A stretch of 32,721 nucleotides of DNA from an uncultured Burkholderiales bacterium (GCA_964584195.1 CAZOZD010000001.1:1-32721), one strand, 5' to 3'. Counted from the stretch's first letter, positions 14,672-24,001 are shown. Notes: generated by a model from the letters alone, not told the origin. Numbers and translations are program-made.

Positions 14672-17370
14672 GCTTCGGGAAACACCGCCGTCCAAAGCTT
14701 GCGTACCGCGGTCGCGGCCGCCTCGACCTCGGCCATGGGCAGGCGGGCGTGCTCGGCGCCTTGCAGCTTGACCCGGTGTTGCTGGCGGCGCAGCTCACGG
14801 TAGGCGTCGGCGGCCTGCCGTGCCACCGTTTCCGGCAGCAAACCGAGCTCGGCGGCGCGCTGCAACAGGGCGATGTTGCCGAGGTTTTCCACCAGGCCGG
14901 GATGGCGGGCGGCGTGGGCGAGCACCAGAAATTGCACCGCGAATTCGACATCCACCAGGCCGCCGGGGTCGTGCTTGAGATCGAACAATCCGCTCGGGTT
15001 GGGGTGGCCGTCGCGCATCTTCTGGCGCATGGCCAGCACGTCCTCGCGCAGGCGGTCGGGGTCGCGTGGCAGGCCCAGCACCCCGGCACGGATCGCTTCA
15101 AAGCGGGCGCCAACGCGGGTATCGCCACAGCTGAAGCGGGCGCGGCTCAATGCCTGGTGTTCCCACACCCAGGCCTGGTTTCGCTGATAGTCCTCGAAGG
15201 CCTCCAGCGAGCTGACCAGGAGACCAGCGGCGCCGTCGGGGCGCAGACGCAGATCGGTTTCATACAGCACCCCCGCCGGCGTCATCGTGCTGATCCAGGT
15301 GTTCAGCCGCTTGGCGAGACGCGCGTAACGGTCCTGCGCCTCGGGGTGGTCGTCGTCGTACAGGAACACGATATCCAGGTCCGAGGCATAGCCCAGCTCC
15401 TTGCCGCCCAGCTTGCCGTAGGCGATCACCGCGAATGCGGGGTGTTCGCGGTGCCGTTCGCGCATCTGCGCCCAGACCTGCGCAAGGCTCTGTTCGAGCA
15501 GCAGGTCGGCCAGATGCGCGAGCTGGTCGGACAGCCGCTCCATACTCCACAGTCCGGCCAGATCCTGGGCCAGGAGGCGGAAGGTTTCGCTTTGCTTGTA
15601 ATGGCGTAATTCGTCCATCTGCCGTTCGACGTCGCCCTCCAGGGCGGCCATGCGGGTGCGCAGTTCGTCGCGCTTGAGGGCCCAGTCGGGCGCGGCCATC
15701 AGGGTGCGGGCATCGAGCAGTTCGTCGAGCAGGTGTGGCTGGCGGGTGAGGTATTGCGCCGCCCAGGGGCTGGCGCTGGCGATCTTTGCCACCTGCATCA
15801 GGCTCTGCGGGTATTCGCGCAGGAGTTGCAGATAGGGCGCGCGGCGGGCGATGGCCTCCAGCAGGGCGAGGATGCGTGCCAGGGTGTCGTCCGGATTGGT
15901 GAAGTGCACGGCGACTTCCAGAAGCGGCGGCAGCAGGGCATCGAGGGCGTTGCGGTTGGTGGCCGGCAGGCTGGCGCGCAGGCGACCGCCGCGCAGGGCC
16001 GTGACACGATCGAGCACGCCCTGGGCATCGGCATAGCCCAGCTCCGCGAGGCGCGCCCCGGCGACCTCCGCAGGCAGCTCGCACAGTCCGGCCAGCGGGT
16101 GGCCGGACTGGTCTTCCTGGGGGGCGCCGAACACTTGCTCGAACTGGTTCGCCACGCGCCGGCGCAGGGTGTTCAGATGCGCCTCGAAGCCTTCCCAGTC
16201 GGCGTAGCCCAGGGTCTTGGCCACCCGCCGGCGCTCCTCGACACCGTGCGGCAGGGACTGGGTCTGGGCGTCGTCCAGGTATTGCAGGCGGTGTTCCAGA
16301 TTGCGCAGGAATGCATAGGCGTCCTCCAGTGAGGCGACGACGTTCTCCGGCATCAGATCCATGGCGGCGAGCTGGTGCAGGATGGCACGGGTGGGACGGA
16401 CCTGCAGGGCCGGCACCCGGCCGCCACGGATGAGCTGGAACACCTGGGCGATGAACTCGATCTCGCGGATGCCCCCCGGGCCGAGCTTGATGTTGTCGGC
16501 CATCTCGCGGCGTGCCACCTCGCGCCGGATCTGGGCGTGCAGCTCGCGCATGGCGGCGAATGCGCCGAAGTCGAGGTATTTGCGGAACACGAACGGCCGG
16601 CGCAGGGCCTCCAGCTCGTCGATGCGATTCCCGGTCAGCGCCCGGCCCTTGATCCAGGCATAGCGCTCCCATTCGCGCGCCTGGGCATAGAAATACTCTT
16701 CCAGCATGGCGAAGCTGGCCACCAGGGGTCCGGAGTCGCCATACGGGCGAAGGCGCATGTCGACCCGGAACACGAAGCCGTCGGCGGTGTTCTCGCCCAG
16801 TGCGCGGATCAGCCGCTTGCCCAGGCGGGTGAAGAACGCATGGTTGTCGATCACGCGCGGGCCGCCCGTCTCGCCATCTTCCGGGTAGACGAAGATGGGA
16901 TCGATGTCGGACGACACGTTGAGCTCCTGTCCGCCCAGCTTGCCCATGCCCACCACGATCATGCGCTGCGGCCGGCCCTCGGCATCGAGCGGCTCGCCAT
17001 GCACGCGGACGAGATCGGCGTGCAGCCAGTCACAGGCGGCGCGGATGCTCACCTCCGCGAGTTCGGTGCAGGTCCGCAGCACTTCCGCGAGGTCGGCCAG
17101 CCCGGCCAGGTCGCGCGTGATCAACAGGCACATCACCCGCTGACGCAGGTCGCGCAAGGCCCGATGCAGGCCGGCCTCGTCCTGCCAGGGCTGGCTGGCC
17201 AGCTGACCGAGCAGGTCATTCCTGCTCAGTGGCCGGTCCAGACGGGACTCCAGCCAGACAGCCAGGTCGGGCCGGGCGGCGAGGCGGGCGGCGAGGTAGC
17301 GGCTGTATTCGGCGGCTTCCTGGAGCAGGGCGGCCGGATCGGACAGCGAAACGTGCACTGGATTTGTCAT
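14668..17370 (-). CDS. glnE: Bifunctional glutamine synthetase adenylyltransferase / adenylyl-removing enzyme
   Basis: 900 aa with two nucleotidyltransferase halves (GMGKLGGQELNVSSDIDPIFVY and AYGKLGGKELGYASDLDIVFLY), characteristic of GlnE. Confidence 0.9.
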   Translation of the reverse strand: MTNPVHVSLSDPAALLQEAAEYSRYLAARLAARPDLAVWLESRLDRPLSRNDLLGQLASQPWQDEAGLHRALRDLRQRVMCLLITRDLAGLADLAEVLRTCTELAEVSIRAACDWLHADLVRVHGEPLDAEGRPQRMIVVGMGKLGGQELNVSSDIDPIFVYPEDGETGGPRVIDNHAFFTRLGKRLIRALGENTADGFVFRVDMRLRPYGDSGPLVASFAMLEEYFYAQAREWERYAWIKGRALTGNRIDELEALRRPFVFRKYLDFGAFAAMRELHAQIRREVARREMADNIKLGPGGIREIEFIAQVFQLIRGGRVPALQVRPTRAILHQLAAMDLMPENVVASLEDAYAFLRNLEHRLQYLDDAQTQSLPHGVEERRRVAKTLGYADWEGFEAHLNTLRRRVANQFEQVFGAPQEDQSGHPLAGLCELPAEVAGARLAELGYADAQGVLDRVTALRGGRLRASLPATNRNALDALLPPLLEVAVHFTNPDDTLARILALLEAIARRAPYLQLLREYPQSLMQVAKIASASPWAAQYLTRQPHLLDELLDARTLMAAPDWALKRDELRTRMAALEGDVERQMDELRHYKQSETFRLLAQDLAGLWSMERLSDQLAHLADLLLEQSLAQVWAQMRERHREHPAFAVIAYGKLGGKELGYASDLDIVFLYDDDHPEAQDRYARLAKRLNTWISTMTPAGVLYETDLRLRPDGAAGLLVSSLEAFEDYQRNQAWVWEHQALSRARFSCGDTRVGARFEAIRAGVLGLPRDPDRLREDVLAMRQKMRDGHPNPSGLFDLKHDPGGLVDVEFAVQFLVLAHAARHPGLVENLGNIALLQRAAELGLLPETVARQAADAYRELRRQQHRVKLQGAEHARLPMAEVEAAATAVRKLWTAVFPEA

Positions 17371-17386
17371 CGAATCGGCCTACCAT

Positions 17387-17415
17387 TTGTCAAATGCCGG
17401 GAATTGACCTAATTT
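17387..17415 (+). promoter_or_regulatory. Candidate sigma70 promoter for acs
   Basis: TTGTCA (17387-17392), 17-nt spacer, TAATTT (17410-17415), located in the glnE/acs divergent region. SD GAGGAG at 17476-17481. Confidence 0.4.
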
Positions 17416-17490
17416 TGCCTCTTTCCGGCCCGCCGCGCTGCCCTGCCGCGTGCCGCTTGTCGCATCAACGACCACGAGGAGTCTTCGTCC

Positions 17491-19461
17491 ATGTCCACCA
17501 TCCAGTCCGTCCTCACCGAAAACCGCGTATTCCCGCCGGCCCCGGAGTTCGTCGCCCAGGCCAACGTCTCCGGCATGGAGGCCTACCGCGCCCTGTGCGC
17601 CAAGGCCGAGGCCGACTACGAGGGGTTCTGGGCCGAGCTGGCCCGGGAAAACATCCACTGGCACAAACCGTTCACCCAGGTGCTGAACGAATCCGGGGCG
17701 CCGTTCTGCAAGTGGTTCGAGGATGGCGAGCTGAACGTCTCCTACAACTGCCTGGAGCGCAACCTGGAGACCCGCGGCGACAAGACCGCGATCATCTTCG
17801 AGGCCGATAACGGCGAGGTCAGCCGGGTGAGCTACCGCGAGCTTTATCAGCGCGTATGCCGGTTCGCCAACGGACTGAAGTCGCTGGGCGTCACCAAGGG
17901 CGACCGGGTCATCATCTACATGCCCATGGGCGTGGAGGCCGTGGTGGCCATGCAGGCTTGCGCCCGCATCGGCGCCATCCACTCGGTGGTGTTCGGCGGC
18001 TTCTCCGCCAAGGCCCTGCACGAGCGCATCCAGGACGCCCGGGCGAAGGTGGTGATCACCGCCGACGAATCCCTGCGCGGCGGCAAGGCCGTGCCGCTCA
18101 AGGCGGCGGTGGACGAGGCCATGACCATGGGCGATGTCGCCAACGTCGAGAAGGTGGTGGTGTACAGGCGCTCTGGCGGCACGGTCGCTTGGGTGGAGGG
18201 ACGCGACCTGTGGTGGCACGATCTCATCGCCAACCAGGCCGACACATGCGAGGCCACGCCGATGAACGCCGAGGACCCGCTGTTCATCCTGTACACCTCC
18301 GGCTCCACCGGCAAGCCCAAGGGCGTGCAGCACGCCACCGGCGGTTATCTGCTCGGCGCCATCCTGTCCATGAAGTGGGTGTTCGACGCCAAGCCCGAGA
18401 CCGATGTGTACTGGTGCACCGCCGACGTCGGCTGGATCACCGGCCATACCTATGTTGCCTACGGCCCGCTCGCCATGGGCATGACCGAGGTCATCTTCGA
18501 AGGCATCCCCACCTGGCCGGATGCCGGCCGCTTCTGGGCCATGATCGCCCGGCACAAGGTCACCACCTTCTACACCGCCCCCACCGCCATCCGCTCGCTG
18601 ATCAAGCTGGGCGGCGACCTGCCCAGGCAGCACGACCTGTCCTCGCTGCGCCTTCTGGGCACGGTGGGCGAGCCGATCAATCCCGAGGCCTGGATGTGGT
18701 ACCACGAGGTGGTCGGCCAATCCCGCTGTCCCATCGTCGACACTTGGTGGCAGACCGAGACCGGCTCCAACATGATCGCCCCCCTGCCCGGCGCCGTGGC
18801 CACCAAGCCCGGCACCTGCACCCTGCCCCTGCCCGGCATCATGGCGGATGTGGTGGATGAGCATGGCAAGAGTGTGCCGCTGGGCTCGGGCGGCTATCTG
18901 GTCATCCGCCGCCCCTTCCCCAGCCAGCTGCGCACCCTGTGGGGCGATCCGGAGCGCTTCAAGAAGGCCTACTTCCCGCCCGAACTTGGCGGCAAGGAGT
19001 ACCTGGCCGGCGACTCGGCCCGCCGCGACGAGGACGGCTACTTCTGGATCATGGGCCGCATCGACGACGTGCTCAACGTATCCGGTCACCGCCTCGGCAC
19101 CATGGAGATCGAATCCGCCCTGGTCGCCCACCCCCTGGTGGCGGAGGCCGCCGTGGTCGGCAAGCCGCACGACATCAAGGGCGAGGCGGTGGTCGCATTC
19201 GTCGTTCTCAAGCGCACCCGGCCGGAAGGCGATGAAGCGAAACAGATCGTCAATGAACTGCGCAACCACGTCGGCAAGGAAATCGGCCCCATCGCCAAGC
19301 CCGACGAGATCCGCTTCGGCGACAACCTGCCCAAGACCCGCTCCGGCAAGATCATGCGCAGGCTTCTGCGCTCCATCGCCAAGGGCGAGGAGATCACCTC
19401 CGACACCTCCACGCTGGAAAACCCGGCGATCCTGGAGCAACTGAAGGAAGCGGTGAAGTAA
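17491..19461 (+). CDS. acs: Acetyl-CoA synthetase (AMP-forming)
   Basis: 656 aa with [12 protein letters not shown] (AMP-binding motif), [19 protein letters not shown] and the C-terminal [15 protein letters not shown] motif containing the acetylatable Lys. Confidence 0.95.
   Translation: MSTIQSVLTENRVFPPAPEFVAQANVSGMEAYRALCAKAEADYEGFWAELARENIHWHKPFTQVLNESGAPFCKWFEDGELNVSYNCLERNLETRGDKTAIIFEADNGEVSRVSYRELYQRVCRFANGLKSLGVTKGDRVIIYMPMGVEAVVAMQACARIGAIHSVVFGGFSAKALHERIQDARAKVVITADESLRGGKAVPLKAAVDEAMTMGDVANVEKVVVYRRSGGTVAWVEGRDLWWHDLIANQADTCEATPMNAEDPLFILYTSGSTGKPKGVQHATGGYLLGAILSMKWVFDAKPETDVYWCTADVGWITGHTYVAYGPLAMGMTEVIFEGIPTWPDAGRFWAMIARHKVTTFYTAPTAIRSLIKLGGDLPRQHDLSSLRLLGTVGEPINPEAWMWYHEVVGQSRCPIVDTWWQTETGSNMIAPLPGAVATKPGTCTLPLPGIMADVVDEHGKSVPLGSGGYLVIRRPFPSQLRTLWGDPERFKKAYFPPELGGKEYLAGDSARRDEDGYFWIMGRIDDVLNVSGHRLGTMEIESALVAHPLVAEAAVVGKPHDIKGEAVVAFVVLKRTRPEGDEAKQIVNELRNHVGKEIGPIAKPDEIRFGDNLPKTRSGKIMRRLLRSIAKGEEITSDTSTLENPAILEQLKEAVK
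19418..19458 (+). repeat. Direct repeat copy 1 (last 41 nt of the acs coding sequence before the stop)
   Basis: AAAACCCGGCGATCCTGGAGCAACTGAAGGAAGCGGTGAAG. Identical to 19557-19597 by direct reading. Confidence 0.9.
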
Positions 19462-19556
19462 CACGTCCGCCCCAGGGGGGCGCCACGGCGTAACCGGGTT
19501 TCGGCGCAAGCTGAGGTGAGCGAAGCGAACGTCAAGGGCGCCGCCCGGCTGGAACC

Positions 19557-19597
19557 AAAACCCGGCGATCCTGGAGCAACTGAAGGAAGCGGTGAAG
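19557..19597 (+). repeat. Direct repeat copy 2 (intergenic duplicate of the acs 3' end)
   Basis: 41/41 identity with 19418-19458 at an offset of 139 bp. Weaker similarity extends upstream (GTCAAGGGCG / GCTGGAA). Not followed by a stop codon. Confidence 0.9.
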
Positions 19598-19706
19598 CAG
19601 CCTCACGCCGCAAGAACCGGTCGCGACGGCCAGGCCCGGGGCCACTTGGTTCCGGGTTCCATCCGGGTGGCGTAGTTCGACCGGGATCGTCCTCCGAAGT
19701 TCTGTC

Positions 19707-19739
19707 AACCCCTTGACAATCGTCCGTGCGGGGTTTTTT
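19707..19739 (+). terminator. Probable intrinsic terminator downstream of acs
   Basis: AACCCC (19707-19712) pairs with GGGGTT (19730-19735), followed by a T6 run. The loop is long, with an inner CCGTGCGG mini-hairpin. Confidence 0.4.
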
Positions 19740-19747
19740 GCGATGAG

Positions 19748-19756
19748 TTATGCACA
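19748..19756 (+). promoter_or_regulatory. DnaA box, perfect match to TTATNCACA
   Basis: TTATGCACA read directly. Located in a spacer between convergent genes. Confidence 0.5.
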
Positions 19757-19780
19757 AAAAAGGGGCCCCGGCTCGGGGTG
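19756..19780 (-). terminator. Possible minus-strand terminator
   Basis: On the minus strand: CCCCG-AGC-CGGGG hairpin, then CCCC and a T6 run. Lies about 265 nt downstream of the stop of the 20043-21128 gene. Confidence 0.3.
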
Positions 19781-19810
19781 GGCATGCGCAAGCCTTTGTC
19801 CGTCAAGGAG

Positions 19811-19860
19811 TTGGTTTCAAGTTGTTGATTTTAAATTGTTATTTATTTGCCCATTTTTTG
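19811..19860. other. AT-rich tract (12 G/C in 50 nt)
   Basis: TTGGTTTCAAGTTGTTGATTTTAAATTGTTATTTATTTGCCCATTTTTTG. Counted by hand. A strong outlier against the GC-rich surroundings. Confidence 0.8.
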
Positions 19861-19927
19861 GGCTGAGGCGGATCGGGGCTTGATTCGACGGGCTTTGACA
19901 GGGTTTTAGGGGTGGTTTTCAACAAAG

Positions 19928-19936
19928 TTATCCACA
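19928..19936 (+). promoter_or_regulatory. DnaA box, perfect consensus TTATCCACA
   Basis: TTATCCACA read directly. Confidence 0.55.
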
Positions 19937-19941
19937 GGTTT

Positions 19942-19950
19942 GGTGGACAA
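19942..19950 (-). promoter_or_regulatory. Imperfect DnaA box (TTGTCCACC), inverted and 5 bp from the consensus box
   Basis: The reverse complement of GGTGGACAA matches TTATCCACA at 7 of 9 positions. With 19928-19936 it forms the imperfect palindrome GTTATCCACA-N4-TGGTGGACAAC. Confidence 0.35.
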
Positions 19951-20042
19951 CCCGGAAAGTCGAGTCAGGGGTGGGGCTTTGCCCGGAAAGCGCATAAATA
20001 ACTTTAAGTCCGGCGGCCAAGTGCACGCCTGCCCGCGGCCTC

Positions 20043-21128
20043 TCAGCCCGGCGTGGTCTCGCCGCGCAGGCAGGCGATACTGGCCAGCAGGGGGGTGGTG
20101 AGCGGCTCGATCTTGCGGCGCATAAGGGAGCCGATGGCCGTGGTGCGGGCGAATACCTCGCGGCTTTCGGCTTCGCTTACCTGGGCGAGGGCGAATGCGG
20201 CATCGCATTCATGGTCGAGCCGGGGGCATGCCGCCAGCACTTCGGCCCGGGCGCTTGAAGCGGCCTCGGAATCGAGTTCGCCCAAGGGGGCGAAATATTC
20301 ACGGATGGCGCGGAACGTGTTGTTGACCACTTCCTGCACTTCCGGCCGGCCCAGGACCTCGGTCACGGCCCACAGATAGGTCTGCCCTTGTGCCGAGAGG
20401 CAGCGTAGCAGCATGCGGGCGAGCGGATTGCTCGCCTCGGGTCCGCCCAGCGCGGCTTCGCACGTGGCGTGGTCTGCGCGCGCCGGCAGGGGGTCGGGCA
20501 GATTGGCCGGGCACATCTGCAGGAAGGTCACGTAATAGGTGTTGCGCGCCCGGCCGCGTCGCCATACCGCCTCGCGCTGGGCTTCGGTGAGTGCGCCGGA
20601 GTAGAGCAGTACCGCCACGGTGTCCATGATTGCCACATGATCGTCGTGCAGGAAGGGCAGGTGCTCGATCAGGAATCCGGCCAGGATCGGGCCCATCCGT
20701 CCTTCCGCCACGGCGCGGCGGGAAAGCATCAGCGTGGCGTGCTCGATGCTGGGCAGGACCCACCATGCATGGGCGGCGATCTCGTCGGTGAGCGCGGGCG
20801 AGTGCACCACCGCCACCACCGCTTCCGGTTCGCCGGTGAGCAGCAGGCGGCCGAGATTGGCGCTGTCCATCTGGCCGTGCCGGGTCCAGCGCGAAAGGTG
20901 GACCGGATAGCCGGCGGGCGAGCCCAGCGCATGGCCGGCCAGCACCTCGCGCACCCGGCGCAGGTATTGTTCCGGCCGGCAATTGGGATGGAGCGGCATG
21001 GCCGCCTCGCCCTGGGCGGTGAGGGCGAAAAGCTTCATGCCCGATTCGTCGATGCGTACCGCCTTGAGGTCCTGGGTGAGCAGTACGTTGAGGCGGAAGC
21101 TGTCCTCGGGGCTGAGTTCGTCGTGCAT
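20043..21128 (-). CDS. Conserved hypothetical cytoplasmic protein (361 aa); possibly DsrS-like (tentative)
   Basis: Start set at MHDELSPEDSFRLNVLLTQ (ATG 21128), 16 nt after the hemL stop. The track's extra 47 N-terminal codons overlap hemL. Balanced composition. The size and the sulfur-oxidiser context (qmoB/hdrCB in the same window) fit DsrS, but the assignment is from memory only. Confidence 0.7.
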   Translation of the reverse strand: MHDELSPEDSFRLNVLLTQDLKAVRIDESGMKLFALTAQGEAAMPLHPNCRPEQYLRRVREVLAGHALGSPAGYPVHLSRWTRHGQMDSANLGRLLLTGEPEAVVAVVHSPALTDEIAAHAWWVLPSIEHATLMLSRRAVAEGRMGPILAGFLIEHLPFLHDDHVAIMDTVAVLLYSGALTEAQREAVWRRGRARNTYYVTFLQMCPANLPDPLPARADHATCEAALGGPEASNPLARMLLRCLSAQGQTYLWAVTEVLGRPEVQEVVNNTFRAIREYFAPLGELDSEAASSARAEVLAACPRLDHECDAAFALAQVSEAESREVFARTTAIGSLMRRKIEPLTTPLLASIACLRGETTPG

Positions 21129-21144
21129 CGCGGTCGGGGCTGGA

Positions 21145-22431
21145 TCAGGGTGCCAGGCGAGCGAATGCGCGTGCGGCGGCGGCCAGCGTGGTGTCGATGT
21201 CGGCCTCGCTGTGCGCGGCGGATACGAATCCGGCCTCGAAGGCCGAAGGCGCGAGGTACACCCCTTCAAGCAGCATGAGGTGGAAGAAGCGGTTGAACGC
21301 CTCGCGGTCGCACTCCATCACCTCGGCGTAGGAGGCGGGCGGGGTGGCGCGGAAATAGAGGCCGAACATGCCGCCCACCGACTGCGCGGAGAACAGCACC
21401 CCGGCCTCGCGCGCGGCGGCGGTGAGCCCCTCCGTCAGTTGCCGGGCGCGCGCAGCGAGCGCGTCGTAAAAGCCGGGTACGCCAATCTTGTCGAGGGTGG
21501 CCAGGCCCGCCGCCACCGCCACCGGGTTGCCGGACAGCGTGCCGGCCTGGTACACCGGGCCCAGGGGTGCAAGCCGGTCCATGATCTCGGCACGGCCGCC
21601 GAACGCGCCCACCGGCAGGCCACCGCCGATCACCTTGCCGAGCGTGGTGAGGTCGGGGGGGATGCCGTACAGGCCCTGGGCCGAAGCCGGACCGACCCGG
21701 AAGCCGGTCATCACCTCGTCGAAGATCAGCACCGCGCCGGCCTGGGTGCAGCATTCGCGCAGGGTCTCCAGGAAGCCGGGCGCCGGCGGCACCAGGTTCA
21801 TGTTGCCGGCCACCGGCTCGACGATGACCGCGGCGATCTCGCGGCCCTGTTCGGCGAACACCCGCCGCACCTGCGCACTGTCGTTGTAGTCCAGCACCAG
21901 GGTGTGGGCGGTGATCTCGGCCGGCACTCCGGCGGAGCTGGGCTGGCCGAAGGTGAGCGCGCCGGAGCCGGCCTTCACCAGCAGGCTGTCGGCGTGGCCG
22001 TGGTAGCAGCCTTCGAACTTGATCAGCCGGGTGCGGCCGGTAAACCCGCGTGCGAGGCGGATGGCGCTCATGGTGGCTTCGGTGCCGGAGCTGACCAGGC
22101 GCACCTTTTCCAGGCTGGGCAGGCGCTCGCTCAGGCGCTCGGCCATGGCGAGTTCCAGTTCGGTGGGCGCGCCGAAGGAGAGGCCGCGCGCCGCGGTTTC
22201 CTGCACCGCGCGCACCACGTCGGGGTCGGCGTGACCGAGGATGAGCGGCCCCCAGGAGCCGACATAGTCGATGTATTCCTTGCCGTCGGCGTCCCATACC
22301 CGGCTGCCGGCGCCACGGCTGAAGAAACGGGGCGTGCCGCCCACCGAGCCGAAGGCCCGGACCGGGGAATTGACGCCGCCGGGGATGTGTTGCTGGGATT
22401 GGGCGAACAGCTGGTCGTTGCGTGAGGTCAT
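21145..22431 (-). CDS. hemL: Glutamate-1-semialdehyde 2,1-aminomutase
   Basis: [27 protein letters not shown]..., EGCYHGH, and the PLP-lysine region [17 protein letters not shown]. The ATG at 22431 overlaps the thiE stop (ATGA). Confidence 0.95.
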   Translation of the reverse strand: MTSRNDQLFAQSQQHIPGGVNSPVRAFGSVGGTPRFFSRGAGSRVWDADGKEYIDYVGSWGPLILGHADPDVVRAVQETAARGLSFGAPTELELAMAERLSERLPSLEKVRLVSSGTEATMSAIRLARGFTGRTRLIKFEGCYHGHADSLLVKAGSGALTFGQPSSAGVPAEITAHTLVLDYNDSAQVRRVFAEQGREIAAVIVEPVAGNMNLVPPAPGFLETLRECCTQAGAVLIFDEVMTGFRVGPASAQGLYGIPPDLTTLGKVIGGGLPVGAFGGRAEIMDRLAPLGPVYQAGTLSGNPVAVAAGLATLDKIGVPGFYDALAARARQLTEGLTAAAREAGVLFSAQSVGGMFGLYFRATPPASYAEVMECDREAFNRFFHLMLLEGVYLAPSAFEAGFVSAAHSEADIDTTLAAAARAFARLAP

Positions 22432-23084
22432 GATGGGGTCGGGGTTGGATCGAAAAGTTGCAGGAAAGCCCGGCTTGCCGCGCCAGGCTCGGACGCATCG
22501 TACACGGCGCTGATCACCGCCAGGAGGTCGGCGCCGGCGGCGAGCAGGGCGGGGGCGTTGGCGAGCGTGATGCCGCCGATTGCGCACAGGGGCACCCCGA
22601 GGTCGCGCGCTTGCCGGAGCAGATCCGGGTCGGCGCGTGCCGCGTCGGGCTTGGTCGGGGACGGGTAAAAACTGCCGAATGCGACGTAATCCGCGCCGGA
22701 TGCCACCGCCCGGCGCGCCCGCTCCAGGCTCTGGTAGCAGGATGCGCCGAGGATGCGGTCGGGGCCCAGCCGGGCGCGGGCGGCGGCGAGATCGCCGTCG
22801 GCCGCGCCCAGGTGCACGCCGTCGGCCGCCACCGCCAGGGCCAGATCGATATCGTCGTTGACGATCAGGCCGGCGCCATGCATCCGGGTAAGGCGGCGCA
22901 GTGCGCCCGCCTGTTCCTCACGGTGGCAGGGGCTGGCGGTCTTGTTGCGGTATTGCAGCCAACGGCAGCCGCCTTGCAGGATGGCCTCGGTGAGCGCAAC
23001 CAGACGGGCGGTGTCGGGCCAGTCCGGGGTGAGGACGTACAGGCCGCGCAGAACGCGGGCGGGCGAATCAGGACCGCTCGCCAA
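22428..23084 (-). CDS. thiE: Thiamine-phosphate synthase
   Basis: [10 protein letters not shown]...LQYRNK...[21 protein letters not shown]...GASCY...[16 protein letters not shown]...AIGGI. Start placed at TTG 23084 (SD GGAGA 7 nt upstream, 218 aa). ATG 23153 is an alternative but lacks an SD and overlaps thiD by 86 nt. Confidence 0.85.
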   Translation of the reverse strand: MASGPDSPARVLRGLYVLTPDWPDTARLVALTEAILQGGCRWLQYRNKTASPCHREEQAGALRRLTRMHGAGLIVNDDIDLALAVAADGVHLGAADGDLAAARARLGPDRILGASCYQSLERARRAVASGADYVAFGSFYPSPTKPDAARADPDLLRQARDLGVPLCAIGGITLANAPALLAAGADLLAVISAVYDASEPGAASRAFLQLFDPTPTPS

Positions 23085-23895
23085 GGGCAGTCTCCGCGCG
23101 CATGCGGTAGAGTCGTTCCGGGATCGATTGCCCCATGCCGGGCCGATACGCATGGCGCAGTGTGGCGTGGGTGTAGCGCTGGGCGGCCTGGCTGGCGGTC
23201 TCGATGTCGAGGCCGAGGGCCAGGTGCGCGGCGATGGCCGAGGCGAGTGTGCAGCCGGAACCGTGATAGGCGCCGGACAGGCGCGGCCAGTGCAGGGTCT
23301 GCAATGGGCCGCGGCGGCCATAGAGCACGTTGACCACGTCGGCGGACTGTTCGTGCGCACCGGTGATCAGGGCGAATTCACAGCCCAGGTCGATGAGGCG
23401 GTCGGCACAGGTGGCCAGCTCCGGTTCGCCGAGGTCATCCTCCTCGGCCGCCAGACGCCGCGCCTCCAGGCTGTTGGGCGTGATCAGCGTGGTCTGGGGC
23501 AGAAGCAGGTCGCGCAGGATCTCGATCATCTCCTCCGAGGCCAGTTCGTCGCCCCGGCCCGAGGCCAGCACCGGATCGAGCACGAGTGGGACGTCGGGAT
23601 AGTCGGATACTACTTCGGCGATCATCGCCACGGTCTCGACGCTGCCAAGCATACCCAGCTTGAATGCCGCCACCGGCATGTCCTCCAGCACCGCGCGGGC
23701 CTGGTCGGCCACCCAGAGCGCATCGAGCGCCATGAAATCCTCGACGCCGACGGTATCCTGCACGGTGACGGCGGTGACCACGCCCAGCGGATGACAGCCG
23801 AGCGCAGCGAGGGTGAGCACGTCCGCATGCAGGCCGGCACCCGAGGTGGGGTCGGTGGCGGCGAACACGAGTACGGCGGGAAGGGGCTGGGACAT
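23068..23895 (-). CDS. thiD: Hydroxymethylpyrimidine / phosphomethylpyrimidine kinase
   Basis: AVLVFAATDPTSGAGLHADVLTLAALGCHPLGVVTAVTVQDT..., LDPVLASGRGDEL, GAYHGSGCTLASAIAAHLA. ATG at 23895 (TTG 23931 is an alternative). Confidence 0.88.
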   Translation of the reverse strand: MSQPLPAVLVFAATDPTSGAGLHADVLTLAALGCHPLGVVTAVTVQDTVGVEDFMALDALWVADQARAVLEDMPVAAFKLGMLGSVETVAMIAEVVSDYPDVPLVLDPVLASGRGDELASEEMIEILRDLLLPQTTLITPNSLEARRLAAEEDDLGEPELATCADRLIDLGCEFALITGAHEQSADVVNVLYGRRGPLQTLHWPRLSGAYHGSGCTLASAIAAHLALGLDIETASQAAQRYTHATLRHAYRPGMGQSIPERLYRMRAETALGERS

Positions 23896-24001
23896 GCCGG
23901 CGCTTTGCTGTTCAACTGGATTGATGCACAATCCGTCCGATTATCCCACAACGGGCCCGCGGCTCGGCGCGCAATCGATGGCAGGAAGCGAGGTGGAGGC
24001 G

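Noticed and set aside
19516-19716. 66-aa ORF in the acs downstream spacer
   Set aside because: No SD. The product is Gly/Pro/Ser/Arg-rich and low in complexity. It spans the duplicated acs fragment in a different frame.
23896-24001. Possible TPP riboswitch in the thiD leader, and a DnaA-box-like TTATCCCACA at 23941-23950
   Set aside because: No TPP-riboswitch core elements are present on the minus strand. The DnaA-like string has an extra C relative to TTATCCACA, and on the minus strand it reads TGTGGGATAAT, more simply a -10 (GATAAT) promoter element for thiD.
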